A stretch of 64,000 bases of DNA from Gemmatimonadota bacterium (GTDB taxonomy: Bacteria; Gemmatimonadota; Gemmatimonadetes; Gemmatimonadales; GWC2-71-9): NCBI GenBank assembly GCA_036679645.1, contig JAZDCY010000060.1:9247-73246 (forward strand), written 5' to 3'. Below, in pieces: positions 1-9,387 of the stretch. The translations under genes were made by a program, and so were the position numbers. Below the pieces are notes generated by a model. The model searched no databases and had not been told where the DNA came from. It worked only from the letters and a program-made list of their open reading frames with translations. The first letter of the stretch is position 1, and every line of letters starts with the position of its first letter.

Positions 1-1080
1 AAAGGCCTCGCGGCCGCGCGCAAGATGCTCGACAAGCGCAAGAAGCGCCGACGGATTACCAGGTACGAGCACCGGCGCAAGATCTCGTTGATCTCCGGCG
101 GCGTTGACTGGTCGGGATTCCAGCGGGCAGATCTGGTGGTCGAGGCAGTACCGGAGGACCTCGAAATCAAGCGCGCGGTGTTTCGGGATCTCGAGCAACA
201 CACTCGCGCCGACTGTGTGCTCGCCTCGAACACGAGCACGATTCCCATCGAGCAGATTGCCGCGGCGACGGGACATCCGGAGCGCGTATTGGGAATGCAC
301 TTCTTCTCGCCCGTTGAGAAGATGCCGTTGCTCGAGGTGATCGTGACGGAAACGACGGCGCCGTGGGCCATCGTCACGGCAGTGTCCTTCGGTCGCGAGA
401 TGGGCAAGACAGTGATCGTGGTACGAGATTGCGCCGGGTTCTGGGTGAACCGCATCTTGGCGCCGTATCTCAATGAGGCGGGACGCCTGGTGACCGAGGG
501 TGTTCGCATCGATGTGCTCGATGCTCGGATGACGAAGTTCGGTTTCCCTGTCGGTCCGGTGAATCTCATGGACGAGGTCGGGCTCGACGTGGGGCAAAAA
601 GCAGTGCAGGTGCTGCACGAGGCATTCGGCGATCGCATGAAACCGGCGGCTGGCATCGATGCCTTGGTACGTGACAAGCGGTTGGGCCGGAAGACGGGAC
701 GCGGGTTCTACCTGTATGAAGGTGGGAAGAAGCGTGGCGTCGATGAGTCGGTGTATGCCATCGTGGGGGCGGCGAGCGATTCCACCGTACACGAGGACGA
801 CATCGACCGGCGCCTCATGTACGTAATGCTGAACGAGGCCGCGCGCGCGCTGGACGAAGGTGTCGTACGCTCGGCGCGAGACGGTGACATCGCAGCGATC
901 TTCGGATTCGGCTTCCCGCCGTTCCGCGGCGGTCCCATGCGCTACATGGATCGGATCGGCATCCGCCAGACCGTCGAGACACTGCAGGAACTCGAGCACC
1001 TGTATGGCGACCGGTTCACGCCCGCCCCGGCGTTGGTCCGCATGGCAGATGCGGGCGACCGCTTCTACTCCGACAACTAG
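1..1080 (+). CDS. fadJ: Fatty-acid oxidation complex alpha subunit (3-hydroxyacyl-CoA dehydrogenase part), 5'-truncated by window edge
   Basis: Frame open from base 1. Motifs DLVVEAVPE, ASNTSTIP, GMHFFSPV, GFWVNRIL, DEVGLDV, GRKTGRGFY, GFPPFRGGP match the FadB/FadJ C-terminal half. Confidence 0.85.
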   Translation, partial: KGLAAARKMLDKRKKRRRITRYEHRRKISLISGGVDWSGFQRADLVVEAVPEDLEIKRAVFRDLEQHTRADCVLASNTSTIPIEQIAAATGHPERVLGMHFFSPVEKMPLLEVIVTETTAPWAIVTAVSFGREMGKTVIVVRDCAGFWVNRILAPYLNEAGRLVTEGVRIDVLDARMTKFGFPVGPVNLMDEVGLDVGQKAVQVLHEAFGDRMKPAAGIDALVRDKRLGRKTGRGFYLYEGGKKRGVDESVYAIVGAASDSTVHEDDIDRRLMYVMLNEAARALDEGVVRSARDGDIAAIFGFGFPPFRGGPMRYMDRIGIRQTVETLQELEHLYGDRFTPAPALVRMADAGDRFYSDN

Positions 1081-1082
1081 GA

Positions 1083-2015
1083 ATGCTCCGCGCCGCGCTG
1101 TTGTGGCTCAGCGAACGGCCGGCCGTCTTCGATTTCATCAAGCGCAATGGTATGGCGCGCCGGATGGCACGCCGCTTCGTCGCGGGTGAAGGTCTCGAAC
1201 ACGCGGAGGAGGCGACGCGTGAACTCAATGGGCGCGATGTCACGGTCACGCTAGATCCTCTGGGCGAGAGTGTTCGGAGCGCGGATGAAGCGGCGAGCGC
1301 GCGCGACACCGCCATCACGATCCTGGACCGAATCCACGAAACGGGTCTCGCCGCCAATATTTCCCTAAAACTGACCCAGATGGGCCTCGATCTCGATCCC
1401 GAACTCGCCGCCGACAACATGTGCACGATCTTGGAACGTGCGCGCAGCTACGAGACATTCGTCCGGATCGACATGGAGGCATCGGACTACGTCCAGCCGA
1501 CCCTCGATCTCTTTGCAGAGCGGCTCCACCCGGAATACGGCGCAACCGTCGGTGTCGTGATACAGTCGATGTTGCGGCGCTCCGCCGAGGACGTCGAGCG
1601 TCTCATCGAGCTGCACGCTCGGGTGCGTCTCGTGAAGGGCGCATACATGGAGCCAGGGGAAGTAGCGTTCCCTGACAAACGCGATGTCGATGACAGTTTT
1701 GCGCAACTTGCCGAGCGACTCCTCGCCAGCGGCAACTACCCGGCCGTCGCCACCCACGATGAGCGTCTCATCGAACACGCACGGGCGTACGCCGCGGCGC
1801 ACGAGATCAAGAACGGAGCCTACGAGTTTCAGATGCTCTACGGCGTGAGACGTGATCTGATGGCTAGGCTGCGTGCGGCAGGGCACAACATGCGCATATA
1901 CGTGCCGTTCGGGACGGACTGGTATCCGTATCTCATGCGGCGTCTTGCCGAACGGCCCGCGAACCTGGCATTCATCGCGGCAAACATCGTACGGGAGACG
2001 TTCGCGCGATCGTGA
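1083..2015 (+). CDS. Monofunctional proline dehydrogenase
   Basis: RRFVAGE, SLKLTQMG, RIDME, RLVKGAY, ATHD, EFQMLYG, YVPFG..WYPY.MRRLAERPAN motifs; 310 aa. Confidence 0.92.
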   Translation: MLRAALLWLSERPAVFDFIKRNGMARRMARRFVAGEGLEHAEEATRELNGRDVTVTLDPLGESVRSADEAASARDTAITILDRIHETGLAANISLKLTQMGLDLDPELAADNMCTILERARSYETFVRIDMEASDYVQPTLDLFAERLHPEYGATVGVVIQSMLRRSAEDVERLIELHARVRLVKGAYMEPGEVAFPDKRDVDDSFAQLAERLLASGNYPAVATHDERLIEHARAYAAAHEIKNGAYEFQMLYGVRRDLMARLRAAGHNMRIYVPFGTDWYPYLMRRLAERPANLAFIAANIVRETFARS

Positions 2016-2335
2016 CGGACGATTCTACGCTGGGCGGCTACCTGCAGCGGCACGCGCGGCCGCCGGCATTCGAGGGAAGTGATGGCGTGCCATATTCGGT
2101 CGACATGTATATCAACGACACGCCCGACGCCGAGGGCCGCTACGGCGCGGCGATCCTGTTTGTGCGGTGGTCAGATGCCGGTGACGCACCGGTCGGGCAT
2201 CTCGAGACCGACTATCTGGCCCACGGGAACACGATGACGGAAGCGCAGGATCAGTTGCAAGAGATCTCGCTCCAGGAGCTAAAAACACATCTCGACCGCC
2301 TGATCGGTGAGCAGAGGGAGAGGCCCGATTGGTAG
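2012..2335 (+). CDS. Hypothetical protein (107 aa)
   Basis: GTG start overlaps the upstream stop (GTGA) and the 3' end overlaps rsgA; protein-like composition; family not recognised. Confidence 0.7.
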   Translation: MTDDSTLGGYLQRHARPPAFEGSDGVPYSVDMYINDTPDAEGRYGAAILFVRWSDAGDAPVGHLETDYLAHGNTMTEAQDQLQEISLQELKTHLDRLIGEQRERPDW

Positions 2336-3234
2336 CGCGCGGAGTAGTATTGAGCCGCGCGGGCGGCCGGTACCGTGTGGATTGTGGCGGGGAGGTCGTC
2401 GAGGCGTCCCTTCGCGGGCGAATGAAACGCGGCCGCGTCCGCGTGCTGGTGGGAGACGAGGTGACGCTCGCATATCAGGAGGACGGTGCCGCAACGATTG
2501 AGGATATCGGACCCCGGCGGTCCCTGCTGCGTCGCAGAGCCCCGGGCCGTTCGCACGGTACGCGGCCGGTTGCGGCCAACATCGATCAAGTCGTAGTTGT
2601 AGGTGCGGCCCGGGATCCCGACTGGAATCCGCTCATGATGGATCGGTTCACGGCGGTGGCGGAGGCGAACGGGCTCCCGATCGTCGTCGTCCTCAACAAG
2701 ATCGATCTCGATATTGAGGCAGAGCGTCACGCCGCGCCGTACCGCGATGCCGGTTATCAGGTGCTGTTGGTGAGCGTAGCGGCGTCGGCTGGGCTCGACG
2801 AGCTCGCGGCACAACTCACCGGGAAAGTATCCCTCTTTACGGGTCCCACTGGTGTTGGGAAATCCAGTCTGCTGAACGCGCTGTCACCGGGGCTGGAGTT
2901 ACGGACCGCTGAGGTGAGCAAGCGCTCGCGGGCAGGCCGACATACGACGGTGTCGTCAGAGATGTATCCGTTTGGCGGCGACGGGTACGTGGTCGATACA
3001 CCGGGCTTACGGGACATCGGGCTCTGGGGGCTGGATGCCCACGAAGTCGCCGCCGCGTTTCCGGAGTTGGCGCGCTACGGCGGGCAGTGCCGTTTCGACA
3101 ATTGCCGTCATCTCGAAGAGCCAGGATGTGGCGTCGTAGCCGCGGTCGATCGAGGGGAACTCAGTGAGACTAGAGTTGAGTCGTACCGACGACTCTTGGA
3201 AGAAGCGGATCGGGCTACGAGGCCGTGGGAGTGA
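2329..3234 (+). CDS. rsgA: Ribosome small subunit-dependent GTPase A
   Basis: Circularly permuted GTPase motifs NKID, GPTGVGKS, GRHTT, DTPG; C-terminal zinc motif CRFDNCRHLEEPGC. Confidence 0.95.
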   Translation: MVARGVVLSRAGGRYRVDCGGEVVEASLRGRMKRGRVRVLVGDEVTLAYQEDGAATIEDIGPRRSLLRRRAPGRSHGTRPVAANIDQVVVVGAARDPDWNPLMMDRFTAVAEANGLPIVVVLNKIDLDIEAERHAAPYRDAGYQVLLVSVAASAGLDELAAQLTGKVSLFTGPTGVGKSSLLNALSPGLELRTAEVSKRSRAGRHTTVSSEMYPFGGDGYVVDTPGLRDIGLWGLDAHEVAAAFPELARYGGQCRFDNCRHLEEPGCGVVAAVDRGELSETRVESYRRLLEEADRATRPWE

Positions 3235-3272
3235 TTGCAGAATGCAGATTGCAGATTGCAGATCTCAGATTG
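3229..3272 (+). repeat. Degenerate heptamer tandem repeat (TGCAGAT-like) at the rsgA stop
   Basis: TGCAGAA TGCAGAT TGCAGAT TGCAGAT CTCAGAT directly after the TGA stop. Confidence 0.85.
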
Positions 3273-3299
3273 ATTCAATGTTCTTGACAGGGCCATTAC

Positions 3300-4517
3300 G
3301 TGAACGCTGACCTTCCTTCTCTCGTGCAGCCGTTTCGGGCGCTGCGATACGCGACGACCGATCTGCTCGACCCTTTCGTCTCACCGCCGTATGACGTGAT
3401 CTCGCCGGAGCGGCGGTCGGTGTTGGCGGCGCAAGATCCGCACAACATCGTGCACCTCATCCTGCCGGAGGCGGCGGGCGACAAGTACGCGCACGCTGCG
3501 GACCTGCTGAATGCGTGGCGCCGTGCCGGTATCCTGGTGCGCGATGTGGCGGCGGGCGTGTACGTGGTTCAGCAAACGTTCGCGACGCCGGGTGGAACGA
3601 CTCACGTGCGGACCGGCGTCATTGCAGGGTTGCATGTCGAACCGTACGATGCCGGGCGCGTGCGACCGCACGAGCGAACGCACAGGGGACCAAGAGAAGA
3701 TCGACTCGCACTTTCTCGCGCAACCCACGCCATGCTCGAGTCGATCTTCGTTCTTGCACCCGACACGGACGGGCGTCTGCGGACCGCGTTGCGTAACGAG
3801 GTAAAGCGTGCACCCGACGCTGCGGCTACGCTCGATGGTGTGCGGACCCAAGCGTGGCACGTGACGGGAACGGACGCGGCGGCCATCGCAGATTCAGCGG
3901 GGGCCGGAGCCATCTACATAGCGGACGGACACCACCGCTTCGAGACGGCCAACGCCTACCGGGCGGAGCAGCCGGGCGCCACGCACATCCCCGCGCTCGT
4001 CGTCCCGGTCGGCGACCCGGGGCTAGTTGTCCTCCCCACGCATCGTATGGTTGCGGGCAATGTTCGAGACGTCGCACGCCTGGTTGAGGAGTGGAAGAGC
4101 CGGTACCGTGTGGAGGCCGTGACGCTCCAGGGGGAATGGAACGGGGAGCCGGAGGACCTCGTGGCCGGTCTTCCGCGTATGGAGCCGGCGTGTGTCGTCG
4201 TTCTGCCGGGTGGGTCGGGGTATCGCGTGACGGGGTCGGCGGACGCCGCCGGGACACCCGTCATTGCGGAGCTGGAAGAGCGAATCGTCGGACCCCTCGA
4301 GGTGTTGCTGGGCGGCGATGTATCCTACTCGGCGTCTGCACGGGAGGCGATCGATGCGGTCGAGCAGGGAGACTGCGTTGCGGTGCTGGTGCCGCCCACG
4401 CCACTGGACGTGGTGCTCGCCGTTGCAGATGCGGGGGGGGTGATGCCGCCCAAGTCCACCTACTTTGCACCCAAGGTCCCCAGCGGATTCGTCATCATGT
4501 CGTACGAAGAAGGATGA
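3300..4517 (+). CDS. DUF1015 family protein
   Basis: PPYDVIS, PHERT, YIADGHHRFET, MPPKSTYFAPK motifs. Confidence 0.88.
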   Translation: MNADLPSLVQPFRALRYATTDLLDPFVSPPYDVISPERRSVLAAQDPHNIVHLILPEAAGDKYAHAADLLNAWRRAGILVRDVAAGVYVVQQTFATPGGTTHVRTGVIAGLHVEPYDAGRVRPHERTHRGPREDRLALSRATHAMLESIFVLAPDTDGRLRTALRNEVKRAPDAAATLDGVRTQAWHVTGTDAAAIADSAGAGAIYIADGHHRFETANAYRAEQPGATHIPALVVPVGDPGLVVLPTHRMVAGNVRDVARLVEEWKSRYRVEAVTLQGEWNGEPEDLVAGLPRMEPACVVVLPGGSGYRVTGSADAAGTPVIAELEERIVGPLEVLLGGDVSYSASAREAIDAVEQGDCVAVLVPPTPLDVVLAVADAGGVMPPKSTYFAPKVPSGFVIMSYEEG

Positions 4518-4587
4518 ATGGCACCGTTGATCATCGACTTGCGAACCGTCACATTGTGATGGACGAGCCAACCCGGTCGGAGATGAC

Positions 4588-4839
4588 ATGACTCCACGTC
4601 CCAGAACCCGTATCCTAGAGAACCTCGAAGAGGTCTACCGCGAGGCATATGACAAAGCCAAGACAGTGGCAGACGAGCATCGGATGGCCGAGCTCGACGC
4701 TTCGTTCCAGCGGGAGCAACTCCTCCTCGAGGTGTTGCTCGATATTCGGGACGGTATCTACACGATAGGCGATGCGGAGTCGTCGTCGTCCGCATTGGAC
4801 AAGCTGAACGTCTTGCGCAAGCTGACGAGGCTGCGGTAG
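4588..4839 (+). CDS. Small hypothetical helical protein (83 aa)
   Basis: GGAG RBS before ATG; fills the gap between co-oriented genes; [15 protein letters not shown] helix. Confidence 0.7.
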   Translation: MTPRPRTRILENLEEVYREAYDKAKTVADEHRMAELDASFQREQLLLEVLLDIRDGIYTIGDAESSSSALDKLNVLRKLTRLR

Positions 4840-4888
4840 GTGCGGCAGCATCGCTAGTGATCTCGATCTGAAGTATCTTTCTCCACCT

Positions 4889-7030
4889 ATGGCAACCAAG
4901 ACCAGAGCATCCTCCAAAGGCGCGCGACGCGGCCCGGCGGCCCGGCTCGACAAAGCGGAGCTGCTGGACATGTACCGCCTGATGCTGCTGTCGCGGCGTC
5001 TCGATGACAAAGAAATCCAACTCAAGCGGCAGAACAAGATCTTCTTTCAGATCTCGGGCGCCGGCCACGAGGCGGTACTGGTGGCGGCCGGGAAGCTGCT
5101 GAAGCCGGGGTACGATTGGTTCTACACATACTATCGCGACCGCGCGCTTTGCCTGGCGTTGGGCATGACCCCGACCGAGATGCTGCTCTCGGCGGTGGCG
5201 GCGGCGGACGACCCCAATTCAGGGGGACGGCAGATGCCGTCACACTGGGGTCACAAGGAACTGAATGTCGTGAGCTCTTCGAGCCCCACGGGAACGCAGT
5301 TCTTGAATGCGGTGGGCTGTGCCGAAGCGTGGTACCGCTACGACGTGATCGACGAGATCGGCGATCGTGAGTTAGCCGCGCAACGGGACGAGGTCACACT
5401 CTGCTGCGCTGGTGACGGAACCACCAGCGAGGGCGAGTTCTGGGAGGCTCTCAACACGGCGTGCAGCCTAAAACTGCCCGTGTTGTTCCTGATCGAGGAT
5501 AACGGGTACGCAATATCGGTCACCGTCGACGTGCAGACGCCGGGCGGTTCCGTGTCCAAGCTCCTCGCTGGGTTCCCGGACCTTCACATCATGGAGGTCG
5601 ATGGGTGCGATCCGATCGCCTCATACGATGCAATGTCGCTTGCCGTCGCACACTGTCGCGCGCGAAAAGGTCCGGCGCTGGTCCACGCGCACGTCATCCG
5701 GCCGTATTCGCATTCGCTCTCTGACGATGAGGTGGCGTACAAGCCTGCGCCGGAGCGCGAGAAGGAGGCCAAGCGCGATCCCGTTACGACATTCCCCGCA
5801 AGGCTAATCGCGGAAGGCGTCGCGTCAGAAAGCGAGCTTGCGGAGATCCAGCGGGCGGTCGAAGAGGAAATCGACCTCGCGGCCGAGATCGCACTCGCGG
5901 CACCGCAGCCGGCCGCCGACACGATCTACACGCAGGTGTACTCGCCCGACGTCGATCCGACCGCGGAACAGTTCGACACGGAGGATGACCCACAGTTCGA
6001 GGGGAATCCCACCACGATGGTCGATCTGCTCAACCGGTGTCTCGAAGACGAGATGCGACGGGACCCGCGGATCGTGATGTTCGGCCAGGATGTCGCCGAC
6101 GTCTCGCGTGACGAGCACATCGAAGACGTGAAGGGCAAAGGCGGTGTGTTCAAAGTCACGTGGGGGCTTCAGAAGAAGCTCGGGAGCCACCGCGTCTACA
6201 ACTCGCCGCTCGCGGAAGCCAATATTGTGGGGCGCGCGGTGGGTCTTGCCACCCGCGGGCTGAAGCCCGTGGTCGAGATACAGTTTTTCGACTACATCTG
6301 GCCTGCCTATCACCAGATGCGGAACGAGCTCGCGGTGCTTCGGTGGCGGAGTAACGGGGACTTCACTGCACCGGTTGTAGTGCGGGTAACATATGGCGGG
6401 TACCTGAGAGGCGGCGCTGTGTATCACTCGCAGACCGGAGCCGCCATCTACACGGGGATTCCAGGACTGCGGGTGGTGTGTCCGGCGACGGCCCTCGACG
6501 CGAACGGCCTCCTGCGTACCGCGATCCGTTGCGACGATCCGGTGCTCTTTCTCGAACACAAACACCTGTACCGCCAGACCTACAACAAGGCGCCGTATCC
6601 CGGACCGAACTTCATGATCCCGTTCGGGAAGGCCAAAGTCGTGAGGGAGGGGACAGATCTCACGGTGATCACCTATGGGGCAGTGGTTCAACGCACCGTG
6701 AACGCCGCACGCGAGCTTGCGGAGGAAGATGGTATCGATGTGGAAGTGATCGACCTTCGGTCACTCAGCCCCGTGGACTGGGAGACGATCGCCGCATCCG
6801 TGAAGAAGACGAACAAGGTGATCGTGGCCTATGAAGATTCGCTGTCATGGGGCTACGGCTCGGAGATCGCGGCCCGAATTGCCGACGACTGCTTCACGTG
6901 GTTGGATGCGCCCGTGAAGCGTGTTGCTTCAACCGACACGTTCGTGGCGTACGCGCCGGAGCTGGAGGATGTAATCCTACCGCAGAAGGATGACTTGGCG
7001 AAGGCGATGCGAGAGTTGCATGGCTTTTAG
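4889..7030 (+). CDS. 2-oxoacid dehydrogenase E1, fused alpha/beta subunits (probably branched-chain)
   Basis: TPP-binding GDGTTSEG...DNGYAIS, HSLSDD, beta-domain [25 protein letters not shown]; 713 aa. Confidence 0.92.
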   Translation: MATKTRASSKGARRGPAARLDKAELLDMYRLMLLSRRLDDKEIQLKRQNKIFFQISGAGHEAVLVAAGKLLKPGYDWFYTYYRDRALCLALGMTPTEMLLSAVAAADDPNSGGRQMPSHWGHKELNVVSSSSPTGTQFLNAVGCAEAWYRYDVIDEIGDRELAAQRDEVTLCCAGDGTTSEGEFWEALNTACSLKLPVLFLIEDNGYAISVTVDVQTPGGSVSKLLAGFPDLHIMEVDGCDPIASYDAMSLAVAHCRARKGPALVHAHVIRPYSHSLSDDEVAYKPAPEREKEAKRDPVTTFPARLIAEGVASESELAEIQRAVEEEIDLAAEIALAAPQPAADTIYTQVYSPDVDPTAEQFDTEDDPQFEGNPTTMVDLLNRCLEDEMRRDPRIVMFGQDVADVSRDEHIEDVKGKGGVFKVTWGLQKKLGSHRVYNSPLAEANIVGRAVGLATRGLKPVVEIQFFDYIWPAYHQMRNELAVLRWRSNGDFTAPVVVRVTYGGYLRGGAVYHSQTGAAIYTGIPGLRVVCPATALDANGLLRTAIRCDDPVLFLEHKHLYRQTYNKAPYPGPNFMIPFGKAKVVREGTDLTVITYGAVVQRTVNAARELAEEDGIDVEVIDLRSLSPVDWETIAASVKKTNKVIVAYEDSLSWGYGSEIAARIADDCFTWLDAPVKRVASTDTFVAYAPELEDVILPQKDDLAKAMRELHGF

Positions 7031-7034
7031 ACCA

Positions 7035-8885
7035 CTACGTCCGCAATTCTTCCCTGATCTCGTCCGCCGCATCGATCGCCGCCTCGACATCGAAGGACAG
7101 AGCCTTTGCCGCCTGCGTCGCGCTGGTGAGGTCGTCTAGCACGGCGGCGACGCCCGCCGAGCGAAGGCGTAGCAAGTCGAAGCGCACGTTCTGGACGGCC
7201 AGCACGCAAGATTCGAACTGCGCTTCGACGCTCTGACGTCGCCCCACGAGTTCGATCAGGCCTTCACGCTGCCGCTCGAGCAACTGGAGGCGTCGATCGT
7301 CGGTGTTCCCCTCTTCCCTGAGCTGGGCGAGCCGCTCGTCGAGCCGAACCAATGCATCCGGATCGACGTCACCTTCCATGTGACCGAGCGTGCGCGCCAG
7401 ATCGAGCGCGCGCGCCGACAACCGTTCGACCGTTTCGGTTACATCGGGCAGCATCTTGCGCTCCGACTCGGGCAGTTTCTCCACGATGGAGCTGATGGCC
7501 TGGCGATCGCGGTTCAGTTGCTTGATCTGATCCGCGAGCGCGCCAAAGTCGTCCGGCGACGCCACTTCGGGTAGAACCCGGGCTCGTTTTCCCTTGACGG
7601 CCTTTGCCGGTTTGGGAGGCATACGAGCCTCGATCGCGTCCGCTGCCGGGGGCCGGTTGAGGACATCCCGCCAGGAATAGCCCGCGAGCCAAAGACGCCG
7701 GTACTTCGCCCCAATACTGAAACCCCAGACACCCCACACGAACAATGACCACGGTTCGGTGATGCCGGTTGCCACATTGATCAGCGTGAGTCCACCGCAG
7801 ACGCTCACCCACTGGGCGAAATCGGCGCGGAACCCACGTACAATGGTCGGCTCCTTCGACGCCTGCTCGCCGGGCCTGTCGGTCGTCGGAAGCGCGCGGT
7901 CGCCCCGGCGAGCCGGTCGCCGCTCGCCGCGCTCCCATGACCGCTCTTGGCCCGTGCCACCCCGAGCCCGCGCGTGGGTACGGCGGCGGGCAACCTGCGC
8001 GGCGGGGCGGTAGGGAATCGATTTGCGGCTCTCGAGCGCGCGACGCAAGGAATCGGCGGTGGGCCACCGGGCCGGTGGGTCTTTCTCGAGACATCGCATG
8101 ATGCTCGCCGCGAGATCGTCGGGCATCTCGGGCCGGAGTAGCTTGATGTCGGGCGCCGGCTCCGTGATCTGCTTCATCAGAATGCCGGGAACGGTCGGCG
8201 CTTGGAACGGCAACTCGCCGGTCGCCATCTCGTAGGCCACGACCCCGAGCGCGTAGAGATCACTGCGGTGATCGATGTCCCGCTCCCCGGCGGCCTGCTC
8301 AGGGCTCATGTAGTGTGGCGTCCCGATGGCAACGCCGGTGCCGGTCAGCGTTCCAGGGCTCGCTTCGGAGAGCGCCTTGGCAATCCCGAAATCGGTGACC
8401 ATGACACGGCGCCGCGTTCCCTCGAGGAGCACATTGTCGGGTTTTATGTCGCGATGTATGACGCCCATGGCGTGCGCCATGCTGAGCGCGTCAGCCGTCT
8501 CCTTCATGATACGGCGGACCTCTTCGATCGGAAGCGCCTTGCGTCGTTTGAGCCGCGCGCCGAGGGACTCACCATCCACAAAACCCATGACGAAATAGAC
8601 GAGCCCGCCCGCGTCGCCAACGGAATGGACGGGGACGATATGGGGATGAGACAGACGGGCGGCCGTCTGCGCCTCGCGCATGAATCGCGTCTTGATTTCG
8701 GAACGGTACGCCAGCTCGGGTGGCAGGACCTTGATCGCTACCCGTCGCTTCAGGCTGAGGTCACGTGCGGCAAAGACCACACCCATCCCGCCTCGCCCCA
8801 CCTCGCGTTCGAGCTCATACGCGCCTTCGAGGATGCCCTCGAGGCGCTCCGCGAGCGGGCTAGCTTGAAGTTCGGCTTCATCCAT
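7035..8885 (-). CDS. Serine/threonine protein kinase with 2TM membrane domain and C-terminal coiled coil
   Basis: Probable start MDEAELQ (ATG at 8885). Hanks motifs GRGGMG, VAIKVL, HRDIKPDN, DFG, GTPHYMSPE; two hydrophobic helices (..LTLINVATG..PWSLFVWGVWG). Confidence 0.9.
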   Translation of the reverse strand: MDEAELQASPLAERLEGILEGAYELEREVGRGGMGVVFAARDLSLKRRVAIKVLPPELAYRSEIKTRFMREAQTAARLSHPHIVPVHSVGDAGGLVYFVMGFVDGESLGARLKRRKALPIEEVRRIMKETADALSMAHAMGVIHRDIKPDNVLLEGTRRRVMVTDFGIAKALSEASPGTLTGTGVAIGTPHYMSPEQAAGERDIDHRSDLYALGVVAYEMATGELPFQAPTVPGILMKQITEPAPDIKLLRPEMPDDLAASIMRCLEKDPPARWPTADSLRRALESRKSIPYRPAAQVARRRTHARARGGTGQERSWERGERRPARRGDRALPTTDRPGEQASKEPTIVRGFRADFAQWVSVCGGLTLINVATGITEPWSLFVWGVWGFSIGAKYRRLWLAGYSWRDVLNRPPAADAIEARMPPKPAKAVKGKRARVLPEVASPDDFGALADQIKQLNRDRQAISSIVEKLPESERKMLPDVTETVERLSARALDLARTLGHMEGDVDPDALVRLDERLAQLREEGNTDDRRLQLLERQREGLIELVGRRQSVEAQFESCVLAVQNVRFDLLRLRSAGVAAVLDDLTSATQAAKALSFDVEAAIDAADEIREELRT

Positions 8886-8969
8886 ATGGCAGTGGCACTT
8901 TCTCGGCCGTACATTAAGTCCGGCTCCGGGGCGCTGGCAACCTGGTCCGAAGGGCAGGCGCGAGAACGA

Positions 8970-9218
8970 ATGCGTTGGATAACCGATGATACCGGACGCC
9001 GGTGGTCGGCCGAGCGAGTCGGCCGGACTTCCGGCATTGTACCTACGAGACGCAAGTCCGCGGGTTTCCCCGAGCCAGCGGATATCGTGCGGTTCGAGTG
9101 CGAATCGGACCACGACCAGCCGGCCCGTGAGGTGACTACCCGAGCCGGCCTGCTGGAGCAACTCACGGACACCGAGCTCATAGCGTTGCTCAACGTCGCT
9201 CCCAGAAGTTCCTCCTGA
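8970..9218 (+). CDS. Small hypothetical protein (82 aa, MRWITDDTGRRW...)
   Basis: ATG at 8970 is in the frame of track ORF 8202..9218, lies clear of the kinase gene and diverges from it. Confidence 0.6.
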   Translation: MRWITDDTGRRWSAERVGRTSGIVPTRRKSAGFPEPADIVRFECESDHDQPAREVTTRAGLLEQLTDTELIALLNVAPRSSS

Positions 9219-9323
9219 CGACGCATAGGCTGCCAAATTGACAGTGATTCCGTGCTGAGCGGACCTGGCCAGTTGGAACGGCAGGAACCGTGGAGGGTGT
9301 TTACCACAAAGAGGCAGACATAC

Positions 9324-9340
9324 CTGGCATGGGAGGTGCC
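9324..9340 (+). promoter_or_regulatory. Possible sigma54 (-24/-12) promoter upstream of lon
   Basis: CTGGCATGGGAGGTGC has GG-N10-GC spacing, about 50 nt before the lon ATG. Confidence 0.3.
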
Positions 9341-9387
9341 GTACGTGGTGTGGCTAGATCCAGCTTCCAAAACGCAGGGCTACGGGG

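Noticed and set aside
8202..8969. Long antisense or alternate-frame ORFs (e.g. 8202..9218 N-part, 9661..10836, 25935..26972, 34214..35500, 35665..37095, 38950..40350, 41292..42392)
   Set aside because: Shadow ORFs expected in high-GC DNA overlapping well-supported genes; no recognisable motifs.
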